Assembly: GCF_018977255.1 (NCBI RefSeq)
Contig: NW_024704757.1
Coordinates: 16,058,001-16,122,000, forward strand
From: Callorhinchus milii
Taxonomy: Eukaryota
Length of the DNA stretch: 64,000 nucleotides
Direction of reading: 5' to 3'
In this document: positions 1-12,686 of the stretch, in pieces
Layout: every line of letters begins with the position of its first letter
Numbering within the stretch: position 1 is the stretch's first letter
The notes under the pieces: generated by a model
The model's database searches: none
What the model was told of the DNA's origin: nothing
The model's input: only the letters and a program-made list of their open reading frames with translations
Made by a program: the position numbers and the translations under genes

Positions 1-774
1 GACACAGGCTCAGATCCGCGATGGCTTCTGACTCGTGGCTCCTTTACAATGATAATTGATAACCAACCCAAGTGAACAAGGGGAATATTGTGGAGTGGGA
101 AATACTTCCTAGTCTTTTGAAAAGAGTAACAGTGGAGCTCATAACTCTCTCACCAGTTGCGAGCTGGGTTTTTACACCTCAAATTGTTGGAAGTGCAAGT
201 CACAGCACAGGGCACAGAGAGACACAGCACTGCCCCAGGTCTCTGTTGGTATGCAATCTAGATAAGAACATTTCGGGGCTATATATAGACTCAATATCTC
301 CTGTGTGTTCCTACCAAATCCTTGCATGGTTGCTCGGCCCCATTTATGTACAACTCTTGTTGTGTATCTGCCCACTCGAGCCAGTCCACAGCCTCTATTC
401 CATCACAGCCGCAGCCTCTATTCCTGGCATTCGTGTTTGATAACAGCGTCTGTGCTTCACAGAGGATTGCTGTTGAGTGTCGGGAGTGAGGCCTCGAGGA
501 CAAACAAGGCAGCCGACGTACGCACAAACAGTCCCACAAACAGCCATGAAGGGAATGACCCGTGTCATTTTAATTTTAGGGATTGTCGGCCGGGACACAC
601 TGGTGCCATTTGATACCGTCCTTCCTGAATACTCTCCCGTCACAGCATCAAAAGCTGGTTCTTGAATGAATCCAATGTCCCCATTTGAGGCTGGAAACAT
701 TTGCCCTGGTAGCTGTCCTCCGCCAGCTGTTCCCTACTTCAGTACAGTCTAATAATCATAATATTAGGACATCA

Positions 775-1060
775 TCTTAAATCTAGAGTTAGGCCATTTA
801 GGAGTGAAATCAGGAAAACATTTTTTTCATGCAAAGGGTTAGTGGAAATCTGGAACTCTCTCTCCCCCAAAAGGCTGTGGATGCTGCATCCATTCACATT
901 CGCAAGACTGAGGTGGATAGATTTCATCAGGTCGGGGTATCAAGGGATATGGGGCAAAGGCGAGTAATTGGAGTTGAGGTACAGATCAGTCATGAGCTAA
1001 TACAATGGCGGAACAGGCTCGAGGGGCTGAATGACCTCCTCCCGTTCCTATGTTCTTATT
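775..1060 (+). mobile_element. CR1-type LINE 3' end
   Basis: RT C-terminal remnant (..FFMQRVSGNLE / WNSL..KAVDA) and tail GGCTCGAGGGGCTGAATGACCTCCTCCCGTTCCTATGTTCTT. Confidence 0.7.
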
Positions 1061-1489
1061 ACAGTCTTTCAAAAGCATTGTCTGTATTAAACTTGCCCTT
1101 CAGAGCCACACAATAGGGGGTTGAAATAGACATCGCTGTTGCAAGTGGTAACGTCACTGGTGCCTTGTGATGTAAACTGGGATCACTGCACATCACACAA
1201 GATATGGGGTCTGAGAGCAACACAGGGCAGGGTGGGGCGGGGGTGTGGTTGGTGTAACGTACGTGGGCTTTCCTGGTTCGTGCCGGGAGGTGAACAGCAA
1301 CACGTCTGCGGTCTGGAAGGCGCACAAAAAACGGATCTCTCTCTCTCGTGGGAAGTACCTGATCTCAGCGGCTGTAAGTAAGTGTCACTCTGCACAGGGA
1401 GAAAGTGTTGATTCTTTCCAGAACAAATGAGAGATTTCTGTTAGAAAATAATTTCTCGGGACACATGTCGAGCAACTGCCAGGATGGTG

Positions 1490-1680
1490 GGAGGCCAACT
1501 GGATGGACCTTGGATCTTGGTCGGAATTGGATAGGAAAAACTTGCAAGGCTATGGGGAAAGAACAGGGGAGTGGGACTGATTGGGTAGCTCTTCCAAAGA
1601 GCGGCTGAATGGCCTCCTTCTGTGCTGTAATATTCTATGATTCTATTCTAGGATTCTTTTGCAAATTCCTATGTTCTAAT
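1490..1680 (+). mobile_element. CR1 3' tail with (ATTCTATG)n (related tails at about 28730-28900 -, 49490-49595 +, 57440-57520 +)
   Basis: GGCTGAATGGCCTCCTTCTGTGCTGTAATATTCTATGATTCTAT. Confidence 0.7.
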
Positions 1681-1811
1681 CAGACCACTGCCAGCAACGT
1701 TAGCAGGAGGGGGGGAGGGGTGTGGGTGGGTTAGGTGCTGGGTTCACTACTGGCTTGGTCGTTCCCTCGGATTCCTCGTTGACCGGCTCCTGTCGTGTTT
1801 GGTTTTCCCAG

Positions 1812-4800
1812 CAACGTGGAGGAGATCTCCCGCTTCCCCGACCTCCCCACCCGCAGACCGATGACCTACCAGGCCAAGCAGCTGATCTCCCGCGAGATCG
1901 AGCTGGAGAAGATGAGACGATCGGAGGCTCTGCTGCTCACTCGCAACGTCAACAAGAAGGTAATGGTTAAACGTCACCCAATGTCACTGAGACACAGAAG
2001 CTAAACACATACACACACAGACGCGCGCACACAGACACACACATACACGCGCGCACACACACACACACACAGATAGACAGACAGACACACACATAAACCG
2101 ACCTGCGGGGAGGAGATCGCGAGGCTCTCCTATGCACCTCTCGGTTTATTTGTACTCAGTAACGTTTTCCGTCTCGTGCCTTGTATTAGGACGACGTGGA
2201 GGTCAAGGGGCAACCCGGCGATGGCAAGAAACACTCCTCGAAGCCCAGCCGGAAAAACCATGCGCAGCGGCTGGAGACGGTGCTGCAGAGTGTGATTGTG
2301 GAGGTTAAGGTAACGATCTCTCAATAACTCCCAGAATAATCAGCCACGCCCGCCCACAAAACACACAGTCACTGCACAAAGTGCCGTGTGGTGGAGCCGG
2401 GTCGATAATAATAATAATAACCCTTGAGTTTGATACAGCTCCTTATCATGTCATCGAGACATCTCGTAGAATTTTGTGGGCGAAACGTGGAAAACATTTG
2501 CACACGTTCCGGATGAATTGAAGGGCCTTTTTCCTATGGTTTATGCTCGTCAGTGCACCCTGGCTCTGATCTTTTCTGATAACTCAAGGATATTTATTAT
2601 AAGTCATAAGAGTTCTTCTTTGATACATTCCTCATGTTGCCCTCACAAGTGCTGTGGGAGTGTCCCACACAGTAGGGACTTGTCGGATTGTTCTTTTGCT
2701 GTAATTATCTGGTGTTTACAGGGACGGCAGCTGTATCTGGTGCGTCATTTAGTGATTCTTTGCGGTAAATGTGTAGCCCGGCAAACACCTCTGATTGGTA
2801 GATTGATGGACGTTGTAGTACAGAGTGGGCTCGGAGGGTCAAACAGCCCAGCATCTGTACCTTATCTCCTGTGTTTCTACGAGACAGCAGCAGCTGGAGG
2901 TGAATTGACTGTGGGCAAGTCCAGAGTTTGTATCATATAAACTGAGACTCTTAATCCACTGATTTGATTTATTCCTTCCAGTGTAATCGCCTTATCACCA
3001 GCTCAGCTTAGCTACAAGACCTTTGTATTCTGCTGCTCATCAGGCTCTGCTTCTACCAATCAGTCATCGACCCTGAAACGTGCTGCAGGTCGGGTCTTAG
3101 TCCAAGAGATACAGTAAACCTCTCAAAAGGCATATCAGTGGGGACCTTATGTCAAACTCTAACCCTAACCCTAAGATTATAAACTTTTCACTGGAACTTG
3201 GGCAGGTGTTTTTGCTTCGGACTCTTGCGTTGACTCGGTCTCTCTCTCTGTCTCTGGTTTGACCATCAGTTGGGCCAGATTCTCGCTTTCTTTGGTTTAA
3301 CTTTGTTTTTGTTTGTCTTTTTATTTCCGTGTCCAGCCGGAACTGGATTTCTTTGGGCAGAGAGTGAACACGAAAGAAAGGAAAATTGTGTCGTCGATGA
3401 CAGGTATTCACAGGGGATGACCTCACGCTCTCGTTTCCCGGTCAACGGGTCATTTCATTCTCCCCGTAGGAAGGTGATGGGCGGTGTGGAGGGGATACGC
3501 TGTATCTTAACTCCAATTACCTGCCTTTGCCCCATATCCCTTGATACCCTGACCTAACAAATATCTGTTCACCTTAGTTTTGAAAATGTGAATTCAAGCA
3601 TTCAAGGCTAGAGAATGCCTGGCTGGTCATTCCATTTGTAGAACACACCGAGCCTCTGGGGGAGGAAGCCTGATTTGCCAACAAACAAACAAACAACCAC
3701 AAAAAATCAGTCACTACACTTGACAGCAATCACTTGTGTGGATTGGGACGGGCTCAGTCGGGTGCAGCTGAAATGTCAGTTTCTTTGTTGCTTTAAAAAC
3801 CCGATTTGAAATGAAAATTATTTGCTTTTTGCTTTTCAAGATGATTCGAAATGTGCACCTCCCACATCAACCAGATTGTCACCTCTTGCCCAGGGATTGT
3901 GAGTGTGTGTGTGGTGGGGTGAGGGGTGTGTAGGGGTGGTTGGGTGAGGGGTGTGTGTGTGTGTGGGGGGGGGGGTTTGGGTGAGGGGTATGTGTGTGGG
4001 GGGGTTGGGTGAGGGGTGTGTGGGGTAAGGGGGGTGAGGGGTGTGTGTGTTTTGGGGTTGGTATCTAGGTGTCTCAGTCCACCATTGGCCACTGGTCCTG
4101 TGATGGGCTGAGGGTCACATTGCCCGCCCGGTGTGAGTAGGTAATTGTGCTTTGCTGTGTGTTTCTCCTTTGCTATCTTGTGGTTTCCATAGCAATATAC
4201 AATCTGCTTTTGCTGTCCCTGTCGGCAAACCTCTGTGCACTGACCTCCTTTTCAGAGGGATTGCGGTTTAGATAGGCCATCTCCTAATGCAGGCTTGTTC
4301 GGTTGGGATCAGTCGTGCCCTCTCCTCTCCTCGCTGCTGTTACGCATTGGTGGAGGCGGCTGACGTCCTCTCAGTGTCGGCTCGGAGTTTGTTCCTCGTA
4401 CATTACTGACCACCCCCCCCCCCCCCAACCTGTCCAATTTCCCAAATAGGAGGTGTTTCTATGGCTCAAGGCATTTGTTTGTGTCTGGGGGTGTTATTGA
4501 GAATATAAATAATTATTAATGATAATAAGCATGTCAACCCACTGAAAACCATTACTGAGGGTTGACTTGATGCTGTAATGGAGGGGGGAAGAGGGGGGAG
4601 ATGGGTGTCCAGGGAGGTTGAAGGTGAAATGGGCTGAACTCAAATCTACAAAAGCAAATTTGAGAGTCCTGCAGTTTATAAACAGTGATGTACAATTACA
4701 CCATTATAGGCTTCGTAATGAACCTCTCCCACTCTTCACCCCCTAACCCTACCCCCCACTCACAGTGGCCAGAGCTGCAGAGCCCGAGAAGGAACCGGCT

Positions 4801-4908
4801 GAGAAGTTGATCGGAAAAGCGGTGGGAAAGAGTGACGTTTGGTTCCGTTTCAACGAAGGCGTTTCCAACGCTGTCAGACACAATGTTTGTATCAAGGACC
4901 TGCTCTGA
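1812..4908 (+). CDS. CHTF18: Chromosome transmission fidelity factor 18, last four coding exons (5' part outside window)
   Basis: AG/GT-bounded exons 1812-1959, 2190-2309, 3337-3403, 4766-4908 join in frame: NVEEISRFPDLPTRRPMTYQAKQLISREIELEKMRR..NHAQRLE..PELDFFGQ..VWFRFNEGVSNAVRHNVCIKDLL*. This matches the recalled CHTF18 C-terminus (VWFRFNEGVSNAVRR..DLL). Confidence 0.96.
3898..4060. repeat. GT/G-rich low-complexity tract in a CHTF18 intron
   Basis: GTGAGGGGTGTG units with long G runs. Confidence 0.75.
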
Positions 4909-5587
4909 GTTTGTGTTGGGACCATTGGGGATGGGAAGGGGAGGGAACGGTGGGGGTGAAGACACACACAACCAACCCTTTAATGAGCACAAAGGAGTTA
5001 AAATATTCTTACACAGGAGAGAGTGGTCACCATTGGAGCTCGCTTTTTGACCCTCTTGACTGGCCAGAAAGGGGAGAAGGTCCATCTCACTGGGTGGTGC
5101 TGACAATGGCCGAGAGCCTCCGAGAGGTTGAAGCCGCCAAGTCTCCGAGCTCAGGCACAAAGATGTGAGGGTCACAGCACCAGCTCAACCATTGACCCCT
5201 GCGCCCAGTGAGACAGCCACCTGTCTACTTTGGCTTTGCGCCCGCTGAACCGACGTCAGATAACGGTCACGGTCGTTCTTTGCTCTAAACAAAAAAAATG
5301 AGGGGGTGTGGGGGCGGGGGGGAGGGAATTGTCATTGCGTTCCCAATATGATGGGGAGATTTGTCACATGGCTGCCAACAGCCTAGGCCTTTGAGATCCC
5401 ATCTTCAATTGGGTGGGGTGTGGGGGCCCAACTTGACTGGGAAACAGACCAGCCTCGCTGAGCCACCAGATCAGCACGTCATTTACGGATTTTTTTTTGT
5501 AATTTTTTTTTCTCCTCCCCCCTCCGGCACGTCAGGAAATTCCAGGCGGGTCAGACACTCGAGTTATAACCCGTTCCTCCTTATTGC

Positions 5588-5593
5588 TTTATT
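5588..5593 (-). terminator. Probable GNG13 polyadenylation signal (AATAAA)
   Basis: tttatt on + strand, about 245 nt past the GNG13 stop. Confidence 0.55.
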
Positions 5594-5835
5594 TGTCAGT
5601 TTCCTGTTACAGCGCTCCTTTCGAGTTGTACAAAGAGGTTGGTTTAATCACCCGTACAATTATATAGATTTTTTTTCCCTTGACTCGTTACCATAAAATG
5701 TACAAAAAAAAGGTAAATGTGTACTTTTTTTTAAGAGCTTAAAAGACTGCGTTGACCAAAATTTCCCCACTCTCCGCGATTGTGGAGACTTTTACAAATT
5801 GTAATTGCTTTTACATACAGAGCAGTTTGGAAATG

Positions 5836-7636
5836 TCAAAGTATAGCGCACTTTCCCTTTTCTACCCAAGGGTTGTTCTTCATTAACTCTGGGTTTAGGA
5901 ATGGATCGCCAGCCATTCCCTCTTCTATCCACTTCACGAAGCTTGAGGCAGCGAGGGAGAGAAAGAGAGACTGTGTGAGTGTCCAGACACCTGTTCATAA
6001 AAAACAAAGCCCTACATTGACTGATCAACTCATTCCCTCTCCCAGGCATCTTTTGGCTTACAAATACGTTGATTTCATAGAATAATAATCCTTGCATTTG
6101 ATCTAGCACCTTTTCATAGCCGCGAGGGGGGGGGGAGCATCTCAAAAGGCTTCACAGGATTTACTGTAAAAGTGTCTGGTTTGAAAGGCAATCGCAGCCA
6201 ATTTGCACCCAACGATGTCCCACATTCCAGCCATGAAGCGAATGACCAGTTGTTCCTGGGGTAGGAAACCAGGGAAACTCCTTCTCTTTTTGAATAGCAT
6301 CGTGAACAGGCAGCCAGGACCTAAGTCTCATCTGAAGGTGGTACCTCTGACAATGCAGGGCACCCCCAGCACTGTATTGGAGGGAACGACTTAGACCATG
6401 CAAGTTCAGGCCCGACGTAGGACTTGATCCCACAGCCTTCAGTCTCCGAGACGAGAGCGTTACCACCCGAGCCAGGCTGACACCTGAAGTTCGGATTTGA
6501 AAGCTGTGCTCCCTAGTAATGGATGCCATTGCCTGGGAAAAGAAGGGACGATTCAGGGGAGAATGCGCTGAAGTGATATTTCCTTCCATAGGAAATTCAC
6601 TGCTCTATGCCTCCCTGACGAACACTTTGCCCGGCGAATGCCACATGAGGAATTACAGGGAGACGTCCCTACTTGTACATGCTCTGTGCCCCCGAGCTAC
6701 CTGGCAGCCACTCACTTTTAATGTGTTGCAACAGCTAAATACTCACCAGTTAGTCATCCATTACAACATTCCTGGCTGGTGACTTTGCTGCACATTTTCC
6801 CCCATTCACTCGCTCGGTTATCGATGACCTCACTGATCGCGTTAAAACAATGTGATCTAAATGTCTCAGCGCTCGATAAGTGCTTTCTCTTCCCTCATCG
6901 ATGGTGGTGGAATAACTAATCCCAGAGCTAACCCGTTAACTTTCTCTATGTAAAATATTCATGTGCTGATTGATTTAAGCAGCGGACGCATTGTGGAGAG
7001 AGCAGTTGAGGTGTTACATGTGGTTGGGGGTGGTAAGGAGTGTACAGCTGCGACCCTCTGTGTTTCCACCCCCCGCCCCCTCTTCCCCTCCTGGACTTGT
7101 GGGAGGGGGTGAGGATCTCCGTAACTGATGAATCCCTTGTATCCAGCAATCTTGGTACATTTCCAAATGCAAGGATTATTATTATTATTTGATGCAGCGC
7201 CTTATCACGTCTTCGAGCGCTTCACAGAATATACTGTAAAGTGAATTGACTGTATATTTTGTGGGTGAAACACGGCAGCCAATTGCACACAGCAGCGTCC
7301 CACAAACAGTCGTGCATTGAGCAACCAAATTATTACTATTTTTTAATTTTGAAGGGATTCTTACGCCCCGGAAAGTGATCCATCAATTAACTAACAAGTG
7401 GGTTCCTACTTACTGCTCGGTAAACAGAGGCGTGTGGAGTAAGGAAACCGGGAATCGAACCCAGGTCCTCTCGCTTGCGAGGCGAGTGCTCTAACCACTA
7501 AGCTACTAGACTCCACGTCAATCTCAGTGTTAGCTTACTCAGGGACTGTTTTGGAAGACATCTCTCGCTTGAAGGCCAGCTGATATTTCAGACTCTCCAC
7601 TTCCTTCTTGAATTGGGGAACGTCCCAATCTTCCAT
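5836..7636 (-). CDS. GNG13: G protein gamma-13 subunit, 67 aa, two coding exons
   Basis: Exons 7636-7539 and 5941-5836 (204 nt): [67 protein letters not shown]. CaaX end; tail-to-tail with CHTF18 as in human. Confidence 0.97.
6080..6490 (-). mobile_element. Older DeuSINE/SacSINE1-like element
   Basis: tRNA-like head near 6480 and Deu-like core (AGATGAGACTTAGGTCC..TGTTCACGATGCTATTCAAAAAGAG on -); family recalled. Confidence 0.6.
7186..7514 (-). mobile_element. Near full-length copy of the same SINE in the GNG13 intron
   Basis: Reverse complement of the 53176 element including its tRNA head. Confidence 0.85.
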
Positions 7637-9876
7637 GGTCACAGATCTTCTCTCACGCTCCTTTCTTCAGAGAAAAAGAAATCTGGAAAAGAGCAAGTAA
7701 ACAGGAAGGTCCACGTGAATGCGAAGAAATGCGAAGCCCCTGATGTGGTGCAGCTACAAACAATGCATGAATTCACACTTTTCCATTGCCACACATTCCT
7801 TCCTGCTTTCTCCTCTCTCCCATTCCCCCTTCACCCTCCATTTCCATTGATCACCAGTTGCCCTCAAAAAAGAATAATAATTTGGTCACTCAATCCACGG
7901 CTGTTTGTGGGGACGCTGCTGTGCGCAATTGGCTGCCGCGTTTCGCCCACAAAATATAGTCAATTGGCTTTACGGTATATACTGTGAAGCGCTTTGAGAC
8001 GTCTCGAAGACGTGATAAGGCGCTGTATCGAATGCAAATGCGAGGAAAGTTGGCAGCACAATGTTGTAGCGAGGACACACACTATCCTGTGCAGCTGAGC
8101 CAAACACACCAGGAAACTCAATCCCTGCTCTAGTGCTGAGTTGACTCATCTGAGTCCAGGCAGTGAAGATGGTGATCAGTGATCAGACAGGAGGAACGGG
8201 CTTCAGCAGGCAATGGCTGCCACTGGCCAATCCTGCTTCTTGTAAGGTCCTGGCGTGAAGTTATCAGTGCATTAAAACACACATCATTATCAGAACAGAT
8301 CAAACATTTCTTCCACTGTCGACAAACTGTAAAAATGTGATACTTTGTAATGTGATAATTATCCAAAGGAAACGACTCGTTTTTCACCCCCAAGCGCTCT
8401 GAGACGCTATCCTACGTGGAGGGCGCTGTATAAGGGCAAGTTGGTGTCGTCGTTCTTCAAAACATAAAAAAGCTGTAACATGATAGACTACAGATAATAT
8501 ATTGGTATTTATAATGTATAATAATCCTTGCATTTGATGTAGCACCTGGTCAAGTTGAAGCATCTCAAAATGCTTCACGGCATTTACTGTAAACGCTTGT
8601 CCCAGTATTTTGTAGGCAAACACGGCAGCCAATCTGAACACAACAACGTCCACAAACAGCTATGAAGTGAGTGACCAATTTGTTTTAATTTGGGGAGAAT
8701 GTTGGCCAGGAAACCAGGAGAAACTTCCTTCTCTTTGAAAAAATGTTGCTGTTGGAACTTTCAGGTGACGGGCAGACGAGACCTCGGTTTTAACGCCTCA
8801 TTCGAAGGTTGGCAACTCCCAACAATGAGGTGATAAGAAGTCCGACCTCGTCTGGCCTGAGGTTAGGGCAACTCCTCAATTTCACGGCCACAGCGCCCAG
8901 TCCACCCGCCTGGCATCGGCGTGGGGAGTTGGGAACACTCAACTCAACCCCTGCCACTTTCTGCAGAGGCTAATGTGTGTCCAGGAAAATCTGGGCTGGA
9001 GGGGGCTGAGGGAACCCTCACTGGTGCCAATGGCACATACACAGTCACACACAGTCTGATCTTAGGACACAGATCTCATGCTCTCAGCTCTGAAGCTTTG
9101 ATGTAGAGGAGGAGGAAGTATATCAACATTATATATAAACAGAGCGAGCGAGCTGGAGTACGTAATCTGTTTACTTACAACCATCATCGTCTGTGCTCCA
9201 CAAATGTTAACACGGAGCAAAGCAAGTTGAAAGCTCCTTACAAGCACGTTAAACACTGATATTAAACCACTGACATGTCTACGCATTTCACCCACGGCAT
9301 CGCTTTAACTCTCTCCTCCCCCCACCCCCTTCCCCCCAAATACATCAAGAAGACAGACAGAGAGAGGAGGCAAATTTCAAGCCTCACTTCCTTGGTATCC
9401 CAGTTAGATAAACCCAACCCAAGGGAAGACCAGCAGAATTGGCTCGAGCAAAGAAGGACCAGATCCATTCAGTCCGCTTTCCACCATGATGGTAGTCACT
9501 TGCACATGTCATCGTGTCCCAAACTATACACTATCGCCCCCCAGATATTATTTCCTAACAGAAATCCATCTCATTCCTGTGACAAGGTCAGTGATTAAAG
9601 CCTAGACCGTGAGACTCTGTGAAATAAACCACAGTCACACACACACAGAGTTCGCTCAAACCATTCGATCGACGCATTTTATTGTTATTCACATTTACAT
9701 CTGCAGCCAATCATTCCCCATCACCACCAACAACAACAACAACAACAACCTGCGATTACACAGCGCCTCTCAGACAGCGCAGCACCTAACCCAGAGCACA
9801 ACTTCAAGAGAGAATATACAGACCCTCTCCTGACCAGAGCGCCCTGACTGCTCTCTACTGATGGCTCATTTGGGGG

Positions 9877-10772
9877 NNNNNNNNNNNNNNNNNNNNNNNN
9901 NNNNNNNNNNNNNNNNNNNNNNNNNNNNNNNNNNNNNNNNNNNNNNNNNNNNNNNNNNNNNNNNNNNNNNNNNNNNNNNNNNNNNNNNNNNNNNNNNNNN
10001 NNNNNNNNNNNNCGCCACCNNNNNNNNNNNNNNNNNNNNNNNNNNNNNNNNNNNNNNNNNNNNNNNNNNNNNNNNNNNNNNNNNNNNNNNNNNNNNNNNN
10101 NNNNNNNNNNNNNNNNNNNNNNNNNNNNNNNNNNNNNNNNNNNNNNNNNNNNNNNNNNNNNNNNNNNNNNNNNNNNNNNNNNNNNNNNNNNNNNNNNNNN
10201 NNNNNNNNNNNNNNNNNNNNNNNNNNNNNNNNNNNNNNNNNNNNNNNNNNNNNNNNNNNNNNNNNNNNNNNNNNNNNNNNNNNNNNNNNNNNNNNNNNNN
10301 NNNNNNNNNNNNNNNNNNNNNNNNNNNNNNNNNNNNNNNNNNNNNNNNNNNNNNNNNNNNNNNNNNNNNNNNNNNNNNNNNNNNNNNNNNNNNNNNNNNN
10401 NNNNNNNNNNNNNNNNNNNNNNNNNNNNNNNNNNNNNNNNNNNNNNNNNNNNNNNNNNNNNNNNNNNNNNNNNNNNNNNNNNNNNNNNNNNNNNNNNNNN
10501 NNNNNNNNNNNNNNNNNNNNNNNNNNNNNNNNNNNNNNNNNNNNNNNNNNNNNNNNNNNNNNNNNNNNNNNNNNNNNNNNNNNNNNNNNNNNNNNNNNNN
10601 NNNNNNNNNNNNNNNNNNNNNNNNNNNNNNNNNNNNNNNNNNNNNNNNNNNNNNNNNNNNNNNNNNNNNNNNNNNNNNNNNNNNNNNNNNNNNNNNNNNN
10701 NNNNNNNNNNNNNNNNNNNNNNNNNNNNNNNNNNNNNNNNNNNNNNNNNNNNNNNNNNNNNNNNNNNNNNNN
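9877..10772. other. Assembly gap
   Basis: N run with a short called island near 10013. Confidence 0.99.
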
Positions 10773-11295
10773 ATATCTAAACCCATCTGAGGATTCCTAT
10801 TTCTATGGCTCCCACCAAAACCACTTCGGCCTCAGAACTCTCTAACTCCCTCTCCCCCTCTCTGTGTCTCCCCATTTCTCTCTATCTCTGTCTGTCTGTG
10901 TCCCTGTCTCTCTCTGTCTATCTCTCTTTCTCTCCCTGCCTCTCTCCTTCTCCCTCCCCCCTCTCTCTGTGGGTGGATCTGCCTATGTTGATGTGGTCAG
11001 TGAGCTCCACTTCAGCCCATTTTGTGATACAAACACAAGAGAAAAATCCCAAACCCCCAAACCCAATGTGTTGGCTCTTTGGACAAAAGCGTCGCCACTC
11101 TCTCCCTCTCTCTGTACGTTCCCACAGTAAGAAGCCACGGACCCAAATGCAGGTGAACAAAAAACAAATGCAGAGAGCAAATCATATCAAAAGAAACATG
11201 TTTCTGGGGGAAGAGACCAGAGAAATAAACCACAACATACGACCTGAGCGCCTCAATCTGTGCCCCTCCATCCCCTCTGTCTCTGTCTCTCTTAC

Positions 11296-11710
11296 CAGAG
11301 TACCAGGCGGGTGGGTGGGTGAGTGAGTGAGTGGGTGGGTGATGTCGAGTCTGGTCTGTAGAGTAGTGTAGAGTAGTGTAGAGTCTGGGAGTGCCCTCTC
11401 TCTCTCTCTCTCTCTGTGTATCTCCTCCTGTGTTGGACGCGTCAATTTTACGCCAATTTCACAGACGCTGTTCTGACCAACAGCCCAACCGCCACCATCC
11501 GAGTCCACCCCCGACCACAGCCCCGAGCGCTGTGTCACACACACACACACACACACACAGAGACCTAATGTCTGTGATTCTGGATCGCAACGTTAAATAG
11601 CAATCGCATGTTTTTCTGGGGAGAGAGAGAGAGAGAGAGAGGAGCGTCTGCCTTTCCTTTTCTGGTGGTAAAGTGGTTCGCACTCGGAACGCATTAAAGC
11701 TCATTGGATG
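11296..11710 (-). promoter_or_regulatory. Candidate GNG13 promoter and non-coding first exon
   Basis: Minus-strand GTAAGA donor at 11295, TATTTAA at about 11593-11599, CCAAT at about 11704-11708. A CAG acceptor at 7683-7685 sits just upstream of the GNG13 ATG, so an upstream exon is required. This location is inferred. Confidence 0.35.
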
Positions 11711-12509
11711 CTTTTTGGTTTATTGCTTTAACCGTTTGCTCACCAGATTCTTGTCTGTCTCAACACTCACTCACTCACTCACTCACACACAGAGTGCGTG
11801 GATTATCATAGAAATGTTAATACTACTCCTGGCATTTGACAGAGCGCCTTATCATGTCTTCGAGACGCCTCAAAGCGCTTCACAGGACACACTGTAGAGT
11901 GATTTGACTGTGTATTTTGTGGCCGTTTTGACACACGGTTGGGATCAACTGTGTTAACATTGGAATTAATCCCAATTAAGGATTATCCGAGGCAAGGATT
12001 ATAATTATTAATATGAACTGTATTTATATTGGAATCACACAGACGGGCTGTTCCCCTAATGTCTGTGTGTGTGTGTGTGTGTTGGGGAGAGAGAGATTTA
12101 ATTTCTTCCCTCTTTCATCTCCCTCTCACTGTTTTTCCCCACCCTCTTGCTCATGTATTGAAGACTTTAGAGCAATCACAATGAAACTGTAATTGGCATT
12201 CACAGCGCATTACGTTCCTGTGGGTGAAACACCTTTTTTATATTAAAAAGAAAGGAACAATTGCCTCTTAAACATTGTGGGCTCGACTGTGTGAATAAAT
12301 CATTCGAGAACCCAGGATAGATTGCGTCCCCACAAAATTTAAAGTACCGATTTCAAGGGTTGAGTGATGGGGGAAGAGTGCAAGTCAGTGAGTCCTTTGG
12401 CTCTTTGCCTTTTGTCAGTGTTTTTTTTAAAAAAAATCAATTTAAACCCAAAAAAATCCCATCCAATCTGTCATACATTTCAATTGCAACTTTAAAAGAA
12501 AAATAATAA

Positions 12510-12686
12510 GAATAATAAATCGATCCACAGCTGCTTGCGGGACGCTGCTGTGCGCAATTGGCCGCTGCATTTCACCCACAAAATATAGTCAATTCACTTT
12601 ACAGTATATCCTGAGAAGAGCTTTGAGATGTCTCGGAGACGTGATAAGGCGCTGTATCAAATGCAAGGATTATTATTATTATTATT
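12510..12686 (+). mobile_element. 5'-truncated SINE, representative of many fragments (about 7880, 11820, 16455, 21640, 24470, 29905, 31925, 34425, 36080, 42015, 45175, 47480, 51960)
   Basis: Body plus (TTA)n tail without tRNA head. Confidence 0.8.

Noticed and set aside
3157-3175. (TAACCC)n telomere-like hexamers (also 4741)
   Set aside because: Only two to three units, too short to call an interstitial telomere.
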